From Candidatus Kuenenia stuttgartensis (GTDB taxonomy: Bacteria; Planctomycetota; Planctomycetia; Pirellulales; UBA1268): 64,000 nt of DNA. Location: positions 2,956 to 66,955 of the forward strand of contig CAMBFA010000003.1 of NCBI GenBank assembly GCA_945865325.1. The letters run 5' to 3'. How positions within the stretch are numbered: position 1 is the first letter of the stretch; every line of letters begins with the position of its first letter. This document shows, piece after piece, positions 1-9,838 of the stretch. The position numbers were made by a program, and so were the translations under genes. Below the pieces are notes generated by a model. That model was not told the DNA's origin. It ran no database searches and was given only the letters and a program-made list of their open reading frames with translations.

Positions 1-1
1 G

Positions 2-493
2 TGCAATTTTGTGAAGCCGGGGAAAGGGCAAGCACTCTACAAGTGCAAGCTCCGCAACCTCCTCCGCGGCACGGTGCTCGACCGGACGTACAAGAGCGGC
101 GATTCGCTCGATGCCGCCGACATCGCCACCATCGAGGCGCAGTTCCTCTACAAGCAGGGGGAACAGTTTGTCTTCATGGACAACACCAGCTACGAGCAGT
201 ACGAGCTGACGAAGGAGCAGGTCGACGACGCCTGGAAGTGGATCAAAGAGGGCACCGTCTGCTCGATGCTCCTCTACAACGGCAACCCGATCTCGATGGA
301 GGCGCCGAACCACATGATTCTTCAAGTCGCGTATGCCGAACCGGCCATGCGCGGCAACACGGCGACGAACCTCACCAAGACGGTGAAGCTCGAGACCGGC
401 GCCGACGTGGTCGTGCCGGCCTTCATCGAGCAGGACGACTTCATCAAGATCGACACCCGGACCGGCGATTACCTGGAGCGGTCGCAGAAATAA
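2..493 (+). CDS. efp: Elongation factor P (5' truncated by window edge)
   Basis: KPGKG loop and C-terminal GNTAT..KLETGA..VPAFI..IKIDTRTGDYLER motifs. The frame is open from position 2, so the GTG at 11 is internal. Confidence 0.97.
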   Translation, partial: CNFVKPGKGQALYKCKLRNLLRGTVLDRTYKSGDSLDAADIATIEAQFLYKQGEQFVFMDNTSYEQYELTKEQVDDAWKWIKEGTVCSMLLYNGNPISMEAPNHMILQVAYAEPAMRGNTATNLTKTVKLETGADVVVPAFIEQDDFIKIDTRTGDYLERSQK

Positions 494-512
494 GGGCTTC
501 GCAGCCACCACC

Positions 513-569
513 CGGAAAAAGGTGCCAGCCACCAATTGACCGACAAATGGTGGCAGGCACCTTTTTCCG
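513..569. repeat. REP-like inverted repeat (22-bp arms, 1 mismatch)
   Basis: cggaaaaaggtgccagccacca (513-534) versus tggtggcaggcacctttttccg (548-569). Confidence 0.8.
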
Positions 570-585
570 CACCCCAAACCGGCAA

Positions 586-726
586 GCTCGGGGCTGACCG
601 TGCCCCGAGAGCCGGCCTCGCCGGCAAGCGAAGCCCGGAGGGCGAAAGCGCAGGCGGCGCGGAGAGAGCGTCGGCCATGGATGGCCGACGTGAACGTCCG
701 GCGACGGGGCACGGTCAGCCCCGAGC
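586..726 (+). repeat. MITE/REP-like element with perfect 22-bp terminal inverted repeats and internal GGA hairpins
   Basis: gctcggggctgaccgtgccccg (586-607) is the exact reverse complement of 705-726. Internal hairpins: gccc-gga-gggc (633-643) and cgtcggccatggatggccgacg (669-690). Confidence 0.75.
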
Positions 727-757
727 GGAGCCCAAGCGAGAAGCGATGAAACGACAA

Positions 758-794
758 CGGCCCGCCGGAAACTCCGGCGGGCCGCTTCGTTTTT
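758..794. terminator. Intrinsic terminator, probably bidirectional, between convergent efp and DUF1598 genes
   Basis: 12-bp stem cggcccgccgga/tccggcgggccg with a 3-nt loop, followed by cttcgttttt and preceded by an A-rich stretch. Confidence 0.75.
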
Positions 795-816
795 ATCAAC
801 TGCAAGAAGCGATCGC

Positions 817-2379
817 TCAGTCCCACCACCACTGGCCGGCGGGGAGGTCGAGCTTCTCGCCTCGGGCGATGGCGATCGTGCCCTCGTCGTCGCCGAGGAT
901 GTTCGCGGGATCGAGGGCCAGCTTCGGCTGAACCGTCACGCCACCACCGATCGGGGTGACGAGCCGGTTGCCACGCTGGATGGCGTTGATCGCCGGCTGG
1001 ACCTCGGTCGGCGCGACGAGCCGCTCGATCGTGCAGATCGACTCGTCGCGGAGGCTCTCGGCCCCCCAGGCGGCCCGGCCGTAGGCGTCGTGCTCCTGCA
1101 TCCAGGCGGCCACGATCGAGAGATCGATGAGGTTGCGGAGCTGGCCGTAGACCGGGTTGCGGGCGGCGATCTCGGGGTATTTCCGCGTGAACGTCTCGGT
1201 GAACGTCTTGCTTGCCCGGTCGGGCCGGTCGGCCGACATCCGCTGGCCGTTGGGGAGCACGACCTCATCGGCACCGACGAGCTTCACCCCCCGGCCGACA
1301 AGCTCGATGCCGAGGTCGTCGTCAGTCGCCCGCACGCACTGGTAGTCGGGGGTGAAGAACCAGCGCTGGAGGGCGTTGGTGGCGACGCTGGAATTGGCGT
1401 TGAGATCGACCCACGACTTCATGTTCCGGGCCGGCACGCGCTCGAGGCCAATCCCGATGAGCTTCATCCGGTAGTCGGCCTCGACCATCACCTGGGCGAA
1501 GTGCGTCATGGGGCTGACGCCGTCGACGCGGACATCCTGCGGCCCGAGGGCCTGCGTCATCCCCATCACGAGCTCTTCGGGACTGGCCTTGGGGTTGATC
1601 CGCCCGACGCTCTTGATAAACGCCTGAAGCTGGGCGAGCCCCTCCTGACGCGGATCGATCGAGCAGCCGATGGTGGCGCTGGTCGGCTCGCCCGGCTCGA
1701 AGACACGGATCGCGGCGACGAGATCCTCGAGGAGGACCGTCGGGCTGCCCGACTCGATCCCCACCACGCGCCCGGTGGCGTCGGTGATCCAGCCCTCGGC
1801 CGGGCCGGCGATGACGACTTCACCCGGCTGCCCATCCTCGGCCGGATAGACAAACACATACTGCACGCGCGTCAGGCCGGCGAGCCGGACGACATCGTCG
1901 GCGATGTCACGCCCCTCGGCGGCAGCGCGGGCCACCTCGGCCTCGAGTCGCGACAGCGCCACCTTGCGGAACGTCGAACGCTTGCGAATGTCACCGGGCA
2001 ACTCGGCGTAGGCGGCCACACGCCGCTGGCGGGAGAGCCCCGCATCGGAGACGAAGCGCGTCCGCAGGACTCCCTGAGCGTCGATGACGACACCAGCCGC
2101 GCCCGCGGCGCTGCCCAATCCACCACCACCCCCCTGGCCACCACCCCCCTGGCCGCCGCCACCCATGCCGCCGCCACCCTGGCCGCCACCCATGCCGCCG
2201 CCGCCCTGACCACCACCCATGCCACCACCGCCACCCCCCATACCGCCGCCACCGATGCCACCCTGGGCATGGGCGAATCCGGCGGGTGCGACGGCCACGG
2301 CAAGAGCCACGATCGCCGTCGTCAACAGCGAGGCGAAGCGGTGGACGAGGGTCATCCGGTCAGCGAGGGGCTTGGACAT
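817..2379 (-). CDS. DUF1598 domain-containing secreted protein with Gly-rich N-terminal linker
   Basis: Signal peptide (..AGFAHAQ), GGGGMGGGQ repeats, motifs AGLTRVQYVFVYP, IAGPAEGW, GCSIDP, VEADYRMKLIGIG. Start set at ATG 2379 (ORF open to 2484). Confidence 0.8.
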   Translation of the reverse strand: MSKPLADRMTLVHRFASLLTTAIVALAVAVAPAGFAHAQGGIGGGGMGGGGGGMGGGQGGGGMGGGQGGGGMGGGGQGGGGQGGGGGLGSAAGAAGVVIDAQGVLRTRFVSDAGLSRQRRVAAYAELPGDIRKRSTFRKVALSRLEAEVARAAAEGRDIADDVVRLAGLTRVQYVFVYPAEDGQPGEVVIAGPAEGWITDATGRVVGIESGSPTVLLEDLVAAIRVFEPGEPTSATIGCSIDPRQEGLAQLQAFIKSVGRINPKASPEELVMGMTQALGPQDVRVDGVSPMTHFAQVMVEADYRMKLIGIGLERVPARNMKSWVDLNANSSVATNALQRWFFTPDYQCVRATDDDLGIELVGRGVKLVGADEVVLPNGQRMSADRPDRASKTFTETFTRKYPEIAARNPVYGQLRNLIDLSIVAAWMQEHDAYGRAAWGAESLRDESICTIERLVAPTEVQPAINAIQRGNRLVTPIGGGVTVQPKLALDPANILGDDEGTIAIARGEKLDLPAGQWWWD

Positions 2380-2682
2380 GGTCGTACCCGGCGAAGGAGG
2401 AAAGGTCTGCCGACATTTGATTCCCGCAGGGCTCCGCAGACCGGAACCTGTCCGCAGGGTACGCCCCGGCGAAGCTGACGGCAATCAAACGACCGGCGTG
2501 TAGGGAGCCTCCGCGTCGGCGGACTCGCCCCCAGTATCTCTTCTCTCTTCGGCCCGGAGACGACAACAGCTTTGAGGGGCTTGGGGGGAATGGCGGGCGA
2601 TTCGCCGGTTTTCCCCCCCCGCCCTGCACCGGGGAGCGGTCGTGCCGGTTGTCGGGGAAGGTCTCTCCCGGCCGCTGTCGGC

Positions 2683-5600
2683 TCACCCCGTCCGGGCCGC
2701 GGAGCGCCCTCCGGAGAACCGGCGCCCATCCCCCCGGCCGTTGTCGTCGCGGCTGCGGCTGCCCCCGGTGCGGGGGATCGAAATCCCCGCCCGGATCATG
2801 CCGGTGCCGAGGAGCCCCGAAACCTCGGCCTGGAACTGGGGCGTCCAGGCGACGGCGTGGCGGTCGGCCTCCAGGTGGACACGGCGACCGTCGATCAGAT
2901 CGAGGACGAGCCGCAGCGGCACACTCCCCGGATGGCGCCGCAAAATCTCCGCCAGCCGGTCGAGTGTGGCAGCGTCGTGGCCGGGCTCGGCAAAACGCAG
3001 CGTGACATGCTTGACCGGCTTTTGCCAGGCGTCGGCGAGGGGGACGATCTCGTTGACGATTAAGTTCGTCTCCTCGCTCCCCGCCCGCCGGTCGATCGAA
3101 CCGACGACGAGGATCACCGCGTCGGCCCGGATCGCCTCGCCGCAGCGGGCATAGTCCTCGGGCCAGCAGATCGAGCGGACGATGCCGTCCATGTCTTCGA
3201 GATCGAACATCCCGTAGCGGGTGTGGGTCGAGCCGGGGCGCGGCTGCTTGGTGTTGGAGAGCTTGATCGCGGCCACCATCCCGCCGATCACCACCTCTCC
3301 CTTGGGGGGCACCGCGGCGAGGTCGGCCGTGCCGTGGGTGCAGATCGCCCCGAGGAGATCAGCAAACTCCGCCAGCGGATGGCTGTGGACGTAATAGCCG
3401 AGCACCTCCTTTTCATACGACCGCGTCTCCTTGTCAGAAAGTGGCGGCACCTCCGGCAGCCCCGGCGGCGGGGCGGTGGGGGTGGCAACGGCCGGCGCTT
3501 CGTCGAAAGCATCGAAGAGGTTCTTTTGGCCACTCTTGCGATCGGCCGCGCGCGAAGCGCCAGACGCAAGCGCCTTCTCGATGCCCGCCAGCAGTGCGGC
3601 GCGCTTGGCCCCCATGGATCGATCGGGCACAAGCGAGTCGAGGGCCCCGGCCTTGGCGAGGCTCTCGACGGCGGTCTTGTTGACGACGCTCGAGTCGAGC
3701 CGTCCGCAGAAGTCGTCGAGATCGCGGTAGGGGCCGGCCTTCTTCCGCTCCGCGTCGATCGCGGTGGAGGCCTGGCCGCCGCAGCCCTTGATCGCGGAGA
3801 GCCCGAAGAGGATCCGCCCCGACGCCACCGTGAAGTCGGCGGTGGAATGATTCACGTCGGGGGGGGCGACCTCGATCGCCATCCGCCGGCAGTCCTCGAT
3901 ATGCTCGACGAGCGCGTCTTTCTTTTTGAAATTGCGGCCGGTGATATCGCCGGAGAGGAGCGCCGCCATGAACTCCACCGCATGGTGCGTCTTGAGGTAG
4001 GCCGTCTGCCAGGCCAGCAGCGCGTAGGCGGTGGAATGGCTCTTGTTGAAGCCGTAGCCGGCAAACTTCTCGATCAGACCGAACAGCTCCTGCCCCTCGG
4101 CCGCCGCCATCCCCTTCGCCTTGGCCCCGGCGACGAATTGCTCGCGGAAGGCGGCGATGGTCTCGAGCTTCTTCTTGCTGATCGCCTTGATGCAGGTGTA
4201 GGCGCTGGAGAGCTCGATGCCACCGAGGCGCTCCAGGATCCGCATCACCTGCTCCTGGTAGACCATCACGCCGTGCGTTTCCTCGAGCACCTCCTTCATC
4301 ACCGGATGGGCATACTCGGCCGGCTTGCGGCCATGCTTGACGGCGACGTAGTCGTCGACCATACCCCCCTCGAGCGGCCCGGGGCGGTAGAGGGCGTTGA
4401 CGGCGACGATGTCGCGGAAGTGATCGGGCTTCATCCGCTGGAGGAGATCGCGGATACCGCCGCTCTCGAGCTGAAAGATCCCCTTTGTCTCCCCGCGGCA
4501 GAGAAGATCGAACGTCGGCTGGTCGTCGAGCGGGAAGGCGAGCGGATCGGGGCGATGGCCGGTCGTCTCGGCGATGATGTCGATCGTCTTGGCGACAACT
4601 GTCAAATAGCGGAGGCCGAGGAAGTCCATCTTCATCAGGCCGGCGCGCTCGACATCCCCCATCGCCCACTGCGTGATCACTTCCTCCTTCCCCGTCACCC
4701 GCTGGAGCGGGACATACTCGACGAGCGGTCGGTCGGCGATCACCACCGCCGCGGCATGGGTGCCGACATTGCGGGCCAGCCCCTCGATCCGGCCGGCGAG
4801 ATCGACGAGCTCCCGGATCTCCCCGTCAGACTCACACGCCGCGGCGAGCTGGCTCCCCGGCGCCGAGGCCTCCTCGATCGAGATCCCGAGTTGGTCGGGG
4901 ACGAGGGCGACGATCGAGTCGACCCGCGGGATCGCCAGCCCCATCGCCCGGCCGACGTCGCGGATTGCAGCCCGCGCGGCGAGCGTGCCGAAGGTGCCGA
5001 TCTGGGCGACATTCGCGGCCCCGTACCGCCGCTTCACATACTCGATGACCTCGCCGCGGCGCTCCTTGCAGAAGTCGATGTCGATATCGGGCGCCTCCTT
5101 GCGGTTGACGTCGAGGAAGCGCTCGAAGAGGAGGTCGTATTCAAGCGGGCAGACATGGGAGAGATAGAGCGCGTAGGCGACCAGCGCCCCGACGCCCGAG
5201 CCTCTGGCCGCCGCCGGGATGCCGAGCTCGCGCGACTCGCGAACGAAATCCCAGACGATGAGGAAGTAGCTGGAGAAGCCGAGGGTGTCGATGACGCCGA
5301 GCTCGCGGTCGAGCCGTTCCATGACCTGGGCATGAAGGACGGGCCGGCCATCTTCCGCCTCTGACCAACGCTTCGCCAGCCCGTCGTAGCGGGCATGGAG
5401 CCCTTCGAGACAGAGGCGACGCAGCTCCTCCGAGGCGGTCAGCCCGCTGGGCACGTCGAAGCCGGGGAAGTGCCGCTGGCCGAGATCGATCTCGATCGCC
5501 ACGCTGTCGGCGATCTCCTGGCTGCGGGCCACGGCCGCCTGAGTCACCTCCCCCGCCACCCCCCCGAAGGCGTTGTGCATCTCCTCGGGGCTCTTCAGAT

Positions 5601-6354
5601 AGAACTCCGTCGATTCCATCTTCATCCGCGTCGGGTCGTTGCGGAACCGGCCGGTGTTGACGCACAGGAGGATGTCCTGGGCGACGGCGTCCTCGCGGTT
5701 GACGTAGTGGCAGTCGCAGGTGGCCACCGGCGGGATCCCCAGCTCGCGCGAGATCTCGAGCGCCGCGAGCGTCACCTGTCGCTGCATCTCCAGGCCGTTG
5801 TCCTGGATCTCGAGGAAATACCGGTCGCCAAACAGCTTGTGGAACCAGCCGGCCACCTCGCGCCCCTTGGCCAACTGCTCCGGCTGGTCGGCCCCGACGC
5901 CGATGAGCGAACGGCTGAACTCCCCCGACAGGCACCCCGACAGGCAGACGAGCCCACCGGAATGGGCCTCTAACAGCTCGCGGTCGATCCGCGGCTTGAA
6001 GTAAAAGCCCTCCAGAAAGGCCTTGGTCGCCAGCTGGAGGAGGTTGGCATACCCCTCGCGGTCCTTGGCTAGGAGCGTGAGGTGGTAGCTCGATTCCTTC
6101 TGGCTGCCGGCCTCCTTGTGGAAGCGGCTCCCGGGGGCGATGTAGGCCTCGTAACCGATGATCGGATTGATGCCGGCCGACTTCGCAGCGGCATAAAACT
6201 CGAGCGCTCCGTGGAGATTGCCGTGGTCGGTGATCGCCAGGGCATTCATCCCCAGCTCCTTCGTGCGGTCGACCAGCCGCTCGATCGAACTGGCCCCGTC
6301 GAGAAGGCTGTAGTGGCTGTGGCAGTGGAGATGGACGAAGGAGCGGGCGGACAT
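2683..6354 (-). CDS. dnaE: DNA polymerase III subunit alpha
   Basis: PHP domain HLHCHSHYSLLDG/ITDHGN, RGSG, PDIDID catalytic motif, FAGYGFNKSH, C-terminal OB fold. No intein seen. Confidence 0.98.
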   Translation of the reverse strand: MSARSFVHLHCHSHYSLLDGASSIERLVDRTKELGMNALAITDHGNLHGALEFYAAAKSAGINPIIGYEAYIAPGSRFHKEAGSQKESSYHLTLLAKDREGYANLLQLATKAFLEGFYFKPRIDRELLEAHSGGLVCLSGCLSGEFSRSLIGVGADQPEQLAKGREVAGWFHKLFGDRYFLEIQDNGLEMQRQVTLAALEISRELGIPPVATCDCHYVNREDAVAQDILLCVNTGRFRNDPTRMKMESTEFYLKSPEEMHNAFGGVAGEVTQAAVARSQEIADSVAIEIDLGQRHFPGFDVPSGLTASEELRRLCLEGLHARYDGLAKRWSEAEDGRPVLHAQVMERLDRELGVIDTLGFSSYFLIVWDFVRESRELGIPAAARGSGVGALVAYALYLSHVCPLEYDLLFERFLDVNRKEAPDIDIDFCKERRGEVIEYVKRRYGAANVAQIGTFGTLAARAAIRDVGRAMGLAIPRVDSIVALVPDQLGISIEEASAPGSQLAAACESDGEIRELVDLAGRIEGLARNVGTHAAAVVIADRPLVEYVPLQRVTGKEEVITQWAMGDVERAGLMKMDFLGLRYLTVVAKTIDIIAETTGHRPDPLAFPLDDQPTFDLLCRGETKGIFQLESGGIRDLLQRMKPDHFRDIVAVNALYRPGPLEGGMVDDYVAVKHGRKPAEYAHPVMKEVLEETHGVMVYQEQVMRILERLGGIELSSAYTCIKAISKKKLETIAAFREQFVAGAKAKGMAAAEGQELFGLIEKFAGYGFNKSHSTAYALLAWQTAYLKTHHAVEFMAALLSGDITGRNFKKKDALVEHIEDCRRMAIEVAPPDVNHSTADFTVASGRILFGLSAIKGCGGQASTAIDAERKKAGPYRDLDDFCGRLDSSVVNKTAVESLAKAGALDSLVPDRSMGAKRAALLAGIEKALASGASRAADRKSGQKNLFDAFDEAPAVATPTAPPPGLPEVPPLSDKETRSYEKEVLGYYVHSHPLAEFADLLGAICTHGTADLAAVPPKGEVVIGGMVAAIKLSNTKQPRPGSTHTRYGMFDLEDMDGIVRSICWPEDYARCGEAIRADAVILVVGSIDRRAGSEETNLIVNEIVPLADAWQKPVKHVTLRFAEPGHDAATLDRLAEILRRHPGSVPLRLVLDLIDGRRVHLEADRHAVAWTPQFQAEVSGLLGTGMIRAGISIPRTGGSRSRDDNGRGDGRRFSGGRSAARTG

Positions 6355-6523
6355 CCGTGGCCTCGCGGAAGGGGACGTTGGGGGCCGGCGATCGGAGGGG
6401 GAACGGCGGCCCCGGGGATCGGGACCGACGGAGGCCGGGAGCAGGATTGTACCGCGCAGGAATTCCCCTCTCGCACCCCCCTGAAACGGCGGTCACGCCC
6501 CGCGCCGGGCCGAGCAGCGGCGT

Positions 6524-7204
6524 TTAGCGATCGCGCGGCTCCGCGATCGAGCGCAGCATCGCGGCGAGCTTTCCCTGGAGGTCGAGGATCCCCTGCCAGT
6601 GGGCAAAGTCGATCTCGACCCGTTCGGCTCCGGGGCGCATCACCGCCCCCTCGGCCGCCTCGCGGAGCACCGCCAGAACGTGATCGAACAACTCGACGAA
6701 CTCAGCCGACTGGGCCGGGCTCATCCGCTCCGGGAGGGAGGGGAGCTGGCCGGGGAGGATCGGCACGGGGAAGTCGGAGAGGTCGGACTGACCGTCGGGG
6801 CGCGGCGCAGCGATCTTCCGCAGGCGCTGCCCCAGCTCGCGGGCACGCCCCTCCTCGCCGGCGGGGAGACGGGCCGCGATCTCGGCGATCCGCCGATCGA
6901 TGTCGGTCTGCGAGCCGACCAGGATCAGCGAGCGCCCCAGAGCGATCATGTCGCCGTCGCGAACGATCCGCACTTGGATGTCCTCGCCGTTGACCTTCGT
7001 GCCATTGGTGCTCTCGAGATCGGTGAGGACGACCTTGTCGTTGTCCTCCTGGAACTTGAGATGGTAGCGGCTGATCCGTTCGTCGTTGAGCTGGATCGTA
7101 TTGCCTTCCTCGCGGCCGATCGTGACCGGCGTGGCGAGGCGTTCAAACACCTTGCCACGGTCGGCGCCGTGCAGGACTCGGAGGGTGACATACGCCATCG
7201 GCAC
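6524..7204 (-). CDS. FHA domain-containing protein
   Basis: TIGREEGN..ISRYH..DLESTNGTKVNG FHA signature. Confidence 0.92.
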   Translation of the reverse strand: MPMAYVTLRVLHGADRGKVFERLATPVTIGREEGNTIQLNDERISRYHLKFQEDNDKVVLTDLESTNGTKVNGEDIQVRIVRDGDMIALGRSLILVGSQTDIDRRIAEIAARLPAGEEGRARELGQRLRKIAAPRPDGQSDLSDFPVPILPGQLPSLPERMSPAQSAEFVELFDHVLAVLREAAEGAVMRPGAERVEIDFAHWQGILDLQGKLAAMLRSIAEPRDR

Positions 7205-7437
7205 TCATCCGGGCGGCCAGCGCGCAGCTCGTGGCTCTCCTTGCCTGCCAGCAGCGCTTCCCTAAAGATTATCTGCGCGGGGCCGGGAAAGCCCGAAAAA
7301 GCTCCGACCTGCCCCCCCACTTCCCTCCCCCGGCCACGCTACGACCCTCCCGATCGACGCCACGCCCCTCGGGCAAGGGATCGCAGAGACCTTCCCGGCC
7401 GCCCGTCGCTTCTAGCCGGCGCCGGGCGCCGCCGGCA

Positions 7438-8439
7438 TCACCCGCGCCGGACCGTTTCGGCCCCCGGCCCCCGTGCTTCCCGGGCCAGCCAGTCGAGCAT
7501 CTCCGCGAGCCCTTCGCGGGTCGATTGGGGATGGACAAACCCCTCCGCCACGAGTCGATCGGCAGGAAAGTCGCTCGCCAGCGCCAAGCCCGCCAGCCAC
7601 GCGCTCGACAGCGGCAGCCCGCGGCCGATCAGGCGCCCGAGCCCATCGGCGATCGGGGCCGCGAGCCGGGCAAGGGCCGGGGGGATGCTGCGGGGCGGGG
7701 GAGCGCCGCTGATCTCCGCGATCATGCCCGCCAAACCGGCCACCGAGGTCGTGGCGGGATCGGAAACTTCGAACACGGTACACCCCGCCCCCGGGGCATC
7801 GAGGGCGAAGGCGATCGCCGCGGCGAGGTTTCGGCGCGAGACGACCGAGCGGGGGGACGTGCCCGGCCCGACGAACGCGGGGCGCCCGGCAATCACCCGG
7901 CGGGCGAGCGCGGCGAAGTTCGTGCCGGGGCCGGGACCGTAGACCGGCGCGGGGCGGAGGATCACCCCCCGCCGACCGGCATCGGCCTCCACCCAGCTAC
8001 GGACCTCCGCCTCGGCACGGGCCTTCGACCCGCCGTAGGTGGCACCCGTCTCGAGCCGGCGCTCGGACGGAGAGCCCGATGATCCCGGCACGATGGCGCT
8101 GATCGAACTGACGAATACGAACCGGCGAACACCATACTCCGCCCCCCACTCCAGCCAAGCGCGAGTGCCGGCCACGTTGACCCGGTCACAGGCGTCCGGA
8201 TCGGCGGGCGTCGGCGCTAGCACCCTCTGCTCGACCTCGAGGTGGATGATCGCCGCGGGGCGCGGATGCGGCGCCGCGGCCAGCATCTCCCCGCGCGTTC
8301 GTCCCTGCCAGCCGGGCGGAAGCGAAAGATCGGTCGGCGGGTGCCGGCTGGTGGCCGTGCCACCATGGCCGGCGGCGGTGAGCACCGAAAGGAGGCCCCG
8401 GCCGACGAACCCCCGCGCTCCGGTGACGACGCACTCCAT
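7438..8439 (-). CDS. NAD-dependent epimerase/dehydratase
   Basis: VVTGARGFVG Rossmann motif, FVSS, YGGSK, RPAPVYGPG. Start set at ATG 8439. Confidence 0.88.
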   Translation of the reverse strand: MECVVTGARGFVGRGLLSVLTAAGHGGTATSRHPPTDLSLPPGWQGRTRGEMLAAAPHPRPAAIIHLEVEQRVLAPTPADPDACDRVNVAGTRAWLEWGAEYGVRRFVFVSSISAIVPGSSGSPSERRLETGATYGGSKARAEAEVRSWVEADAGRRGVILRPAPVYGPGPGTNFAALARRVIAGRPAFVGPGTSPRSVVSRRNLAAAIAFALDAPGAGCTVFEVSDPATTSVAGLAGMIAEISGAPPPRSIPPALARLAAPIADGLGRLIGRGLPLSSAWLAGLALASDFPADRLVAEGFVHPQSTREGLAEMLDWLAREARGPGAETVRRG

Positions 8440-8443
8440 GCCG

Positions 8444-9742
8444 TCACCCGGCCAACGACTCGAGCCAGTGGGCGAACCGAGGGTAGGTCTGTTCCCGATC
8501 GAAGGCGTCTTCGGCAAGGCGGCGAGCGCCCTGACGCAGCTCGAGCAGGAGACGACGATCGGCGGCGAGGGTCGTGAGAACATCCGCCAAAGACTGCGGA
8601 TCACCAGCGACATAGGGGAGACCGGCTCGGTGAGCGTCGATGAGGTCGGCGAGCTCGCCCGGCAGGGCGTTGACCAGCGCCAGCCCCGCCGCCGCGTAGT
8701 CGCAGGCCTTGTAGGGCACCGCCACGAGCGACTCCGGCTTCACCGCCACCAGACCGACGTCGCATTCCGACAGAAGCTTGGCATAGGCACCGCGCGGCAG
8801 GAGTCCGTGGACCACCACCCGCGACGGTCGGGGGATCGTCGCCGCATCGGCCTTGAGTTTCGACTCGAGCTTCCCCGTACCGGCGACATGGATGTCGACG
8901 GCCGTGCCCGCGGCGGAGAGCCTGCGGGCCGCGGAGAAGACGGTGTCGAGATCCTGCCCCTGCTCGAGGCTCCCGGCATAGACGCAGGCCAACGGCCGCG
9001 GGTCGACGGCGGTCGAAGGCACCTCGAGCGGATCGGGGCGCGGCGGCTCGGGATACTCGGCGAGATAGGCGCCAAGGTGGCAGACATAGGGGGGCCGTTC
9101 ACGCGCGACCGCCGGCAGATCGCGGAGGGCGGCCTCGGCATAAGCGCGGGTGGCGGATGAGATCCCGTCGGCCGATTCCAGGAGCACCCGGCGGCGGCGC
9201 AGCATCCCCCCGAGGAGGAGCGGGGCCAGCATGCGACGGAGCCACTCCGGCCCGGGAAGGAGGCGCTCGAACGTCTCCGGCCAGAGATCCATGAGATCGA
9301 CGACAAGAACGGCATCGAGGCGGCGGGCGAGCCGGGCGGCCGCCTCCGGCCCCTCCAGGGGCGGCAGGCTGGCGAGCACGATGTCGGGCCGCTCGAGCTT
9401 TCCAGAGGCGACCGCTGCGGTCGCCTCGCGCTCGAGATTCCGGCCGAAGTCGCGGTGGCTGCGGAGCCGCGACAGCGAGACGTTGCCGCGGTACGGCTTG
9501 ACGGGGACCATCCGGATCCCGAAGCCCTCCTCTTCCTCGACGAGCCTCGGCACGGGGCGGCGCGGCGCCTTCCGCCGGTGACTCCAGTCGGCGGTCCACC
9601 AGGTGACATCATGCCCCCGCCCAGCGAGCACCCGGCAAAGCGTCCAGAAACGGAGCGGAGGCAGCCCCTCGCCGGGGACGTCGTCGAACGGGTTCACGAC
9701 CCAGATCGACAACGGGTGGGGCGAGGGATCAAATCGACTCAT
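8444..9742 (-). CDS. Glycosyltransferase family 4 (WbuB-like)
   Basis: GHDVT, DLMDLWPE, VYAGSL..GQDLD, PYKACDYAAAG. Start set at ATG 9742. Confidence 0.88.
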   Translation of the reverse strand: MSRFDPSPHPLSIWVVNPFDDVPGEGLPPLRFWTLCRVLAGRGHDVTWWTADWSHRRKAPRRPVPRLVEEEEGFGIRMVPVKPYRGNVSLSRLRSHRDFGRNLEREATAAVASGKLERPDIVLASLPPLEGPEAAARLARRLDAVLVVDLMDLWPETFERLLPGPEWLRRMLAPLLLGGMLRRRRVLLESADGISSATRAYAEAALRDLPAVARERPPYVCHLGAYLAEYPEPPRPDPLEVPSTAVDPRPLACVYAGSLEQGQDLDTVFSAARRLSAAGTAVDIHVAGTGKLESKLKADAATIPRPSRVVVHGLLPRGAYAKLLSECDVGLVAVKPESLVAVPYKACDYAAAGLALVNALPGELADLIDAHRAGLPYVAGDPQSLADVLTTLAADRRLLLELRQGARRLAEDAFDREQTYPRFAHWLESLAG

Positions 9743-9838
9743 GTTCGCGAGCTTAGCAGATGCGCCGCCGCAGCGAGAGCCGGCTGTGTGGCGCGGCCGC
9801 ACGAACGGGAGGAAACCGCAAAAATCGGGCTGCCTCGC

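Noticed and set aside
2683-6354. Possible intein or split dnaE
   Set aside because: Normal length and continuous motifs, with no Hint-domain signatures.
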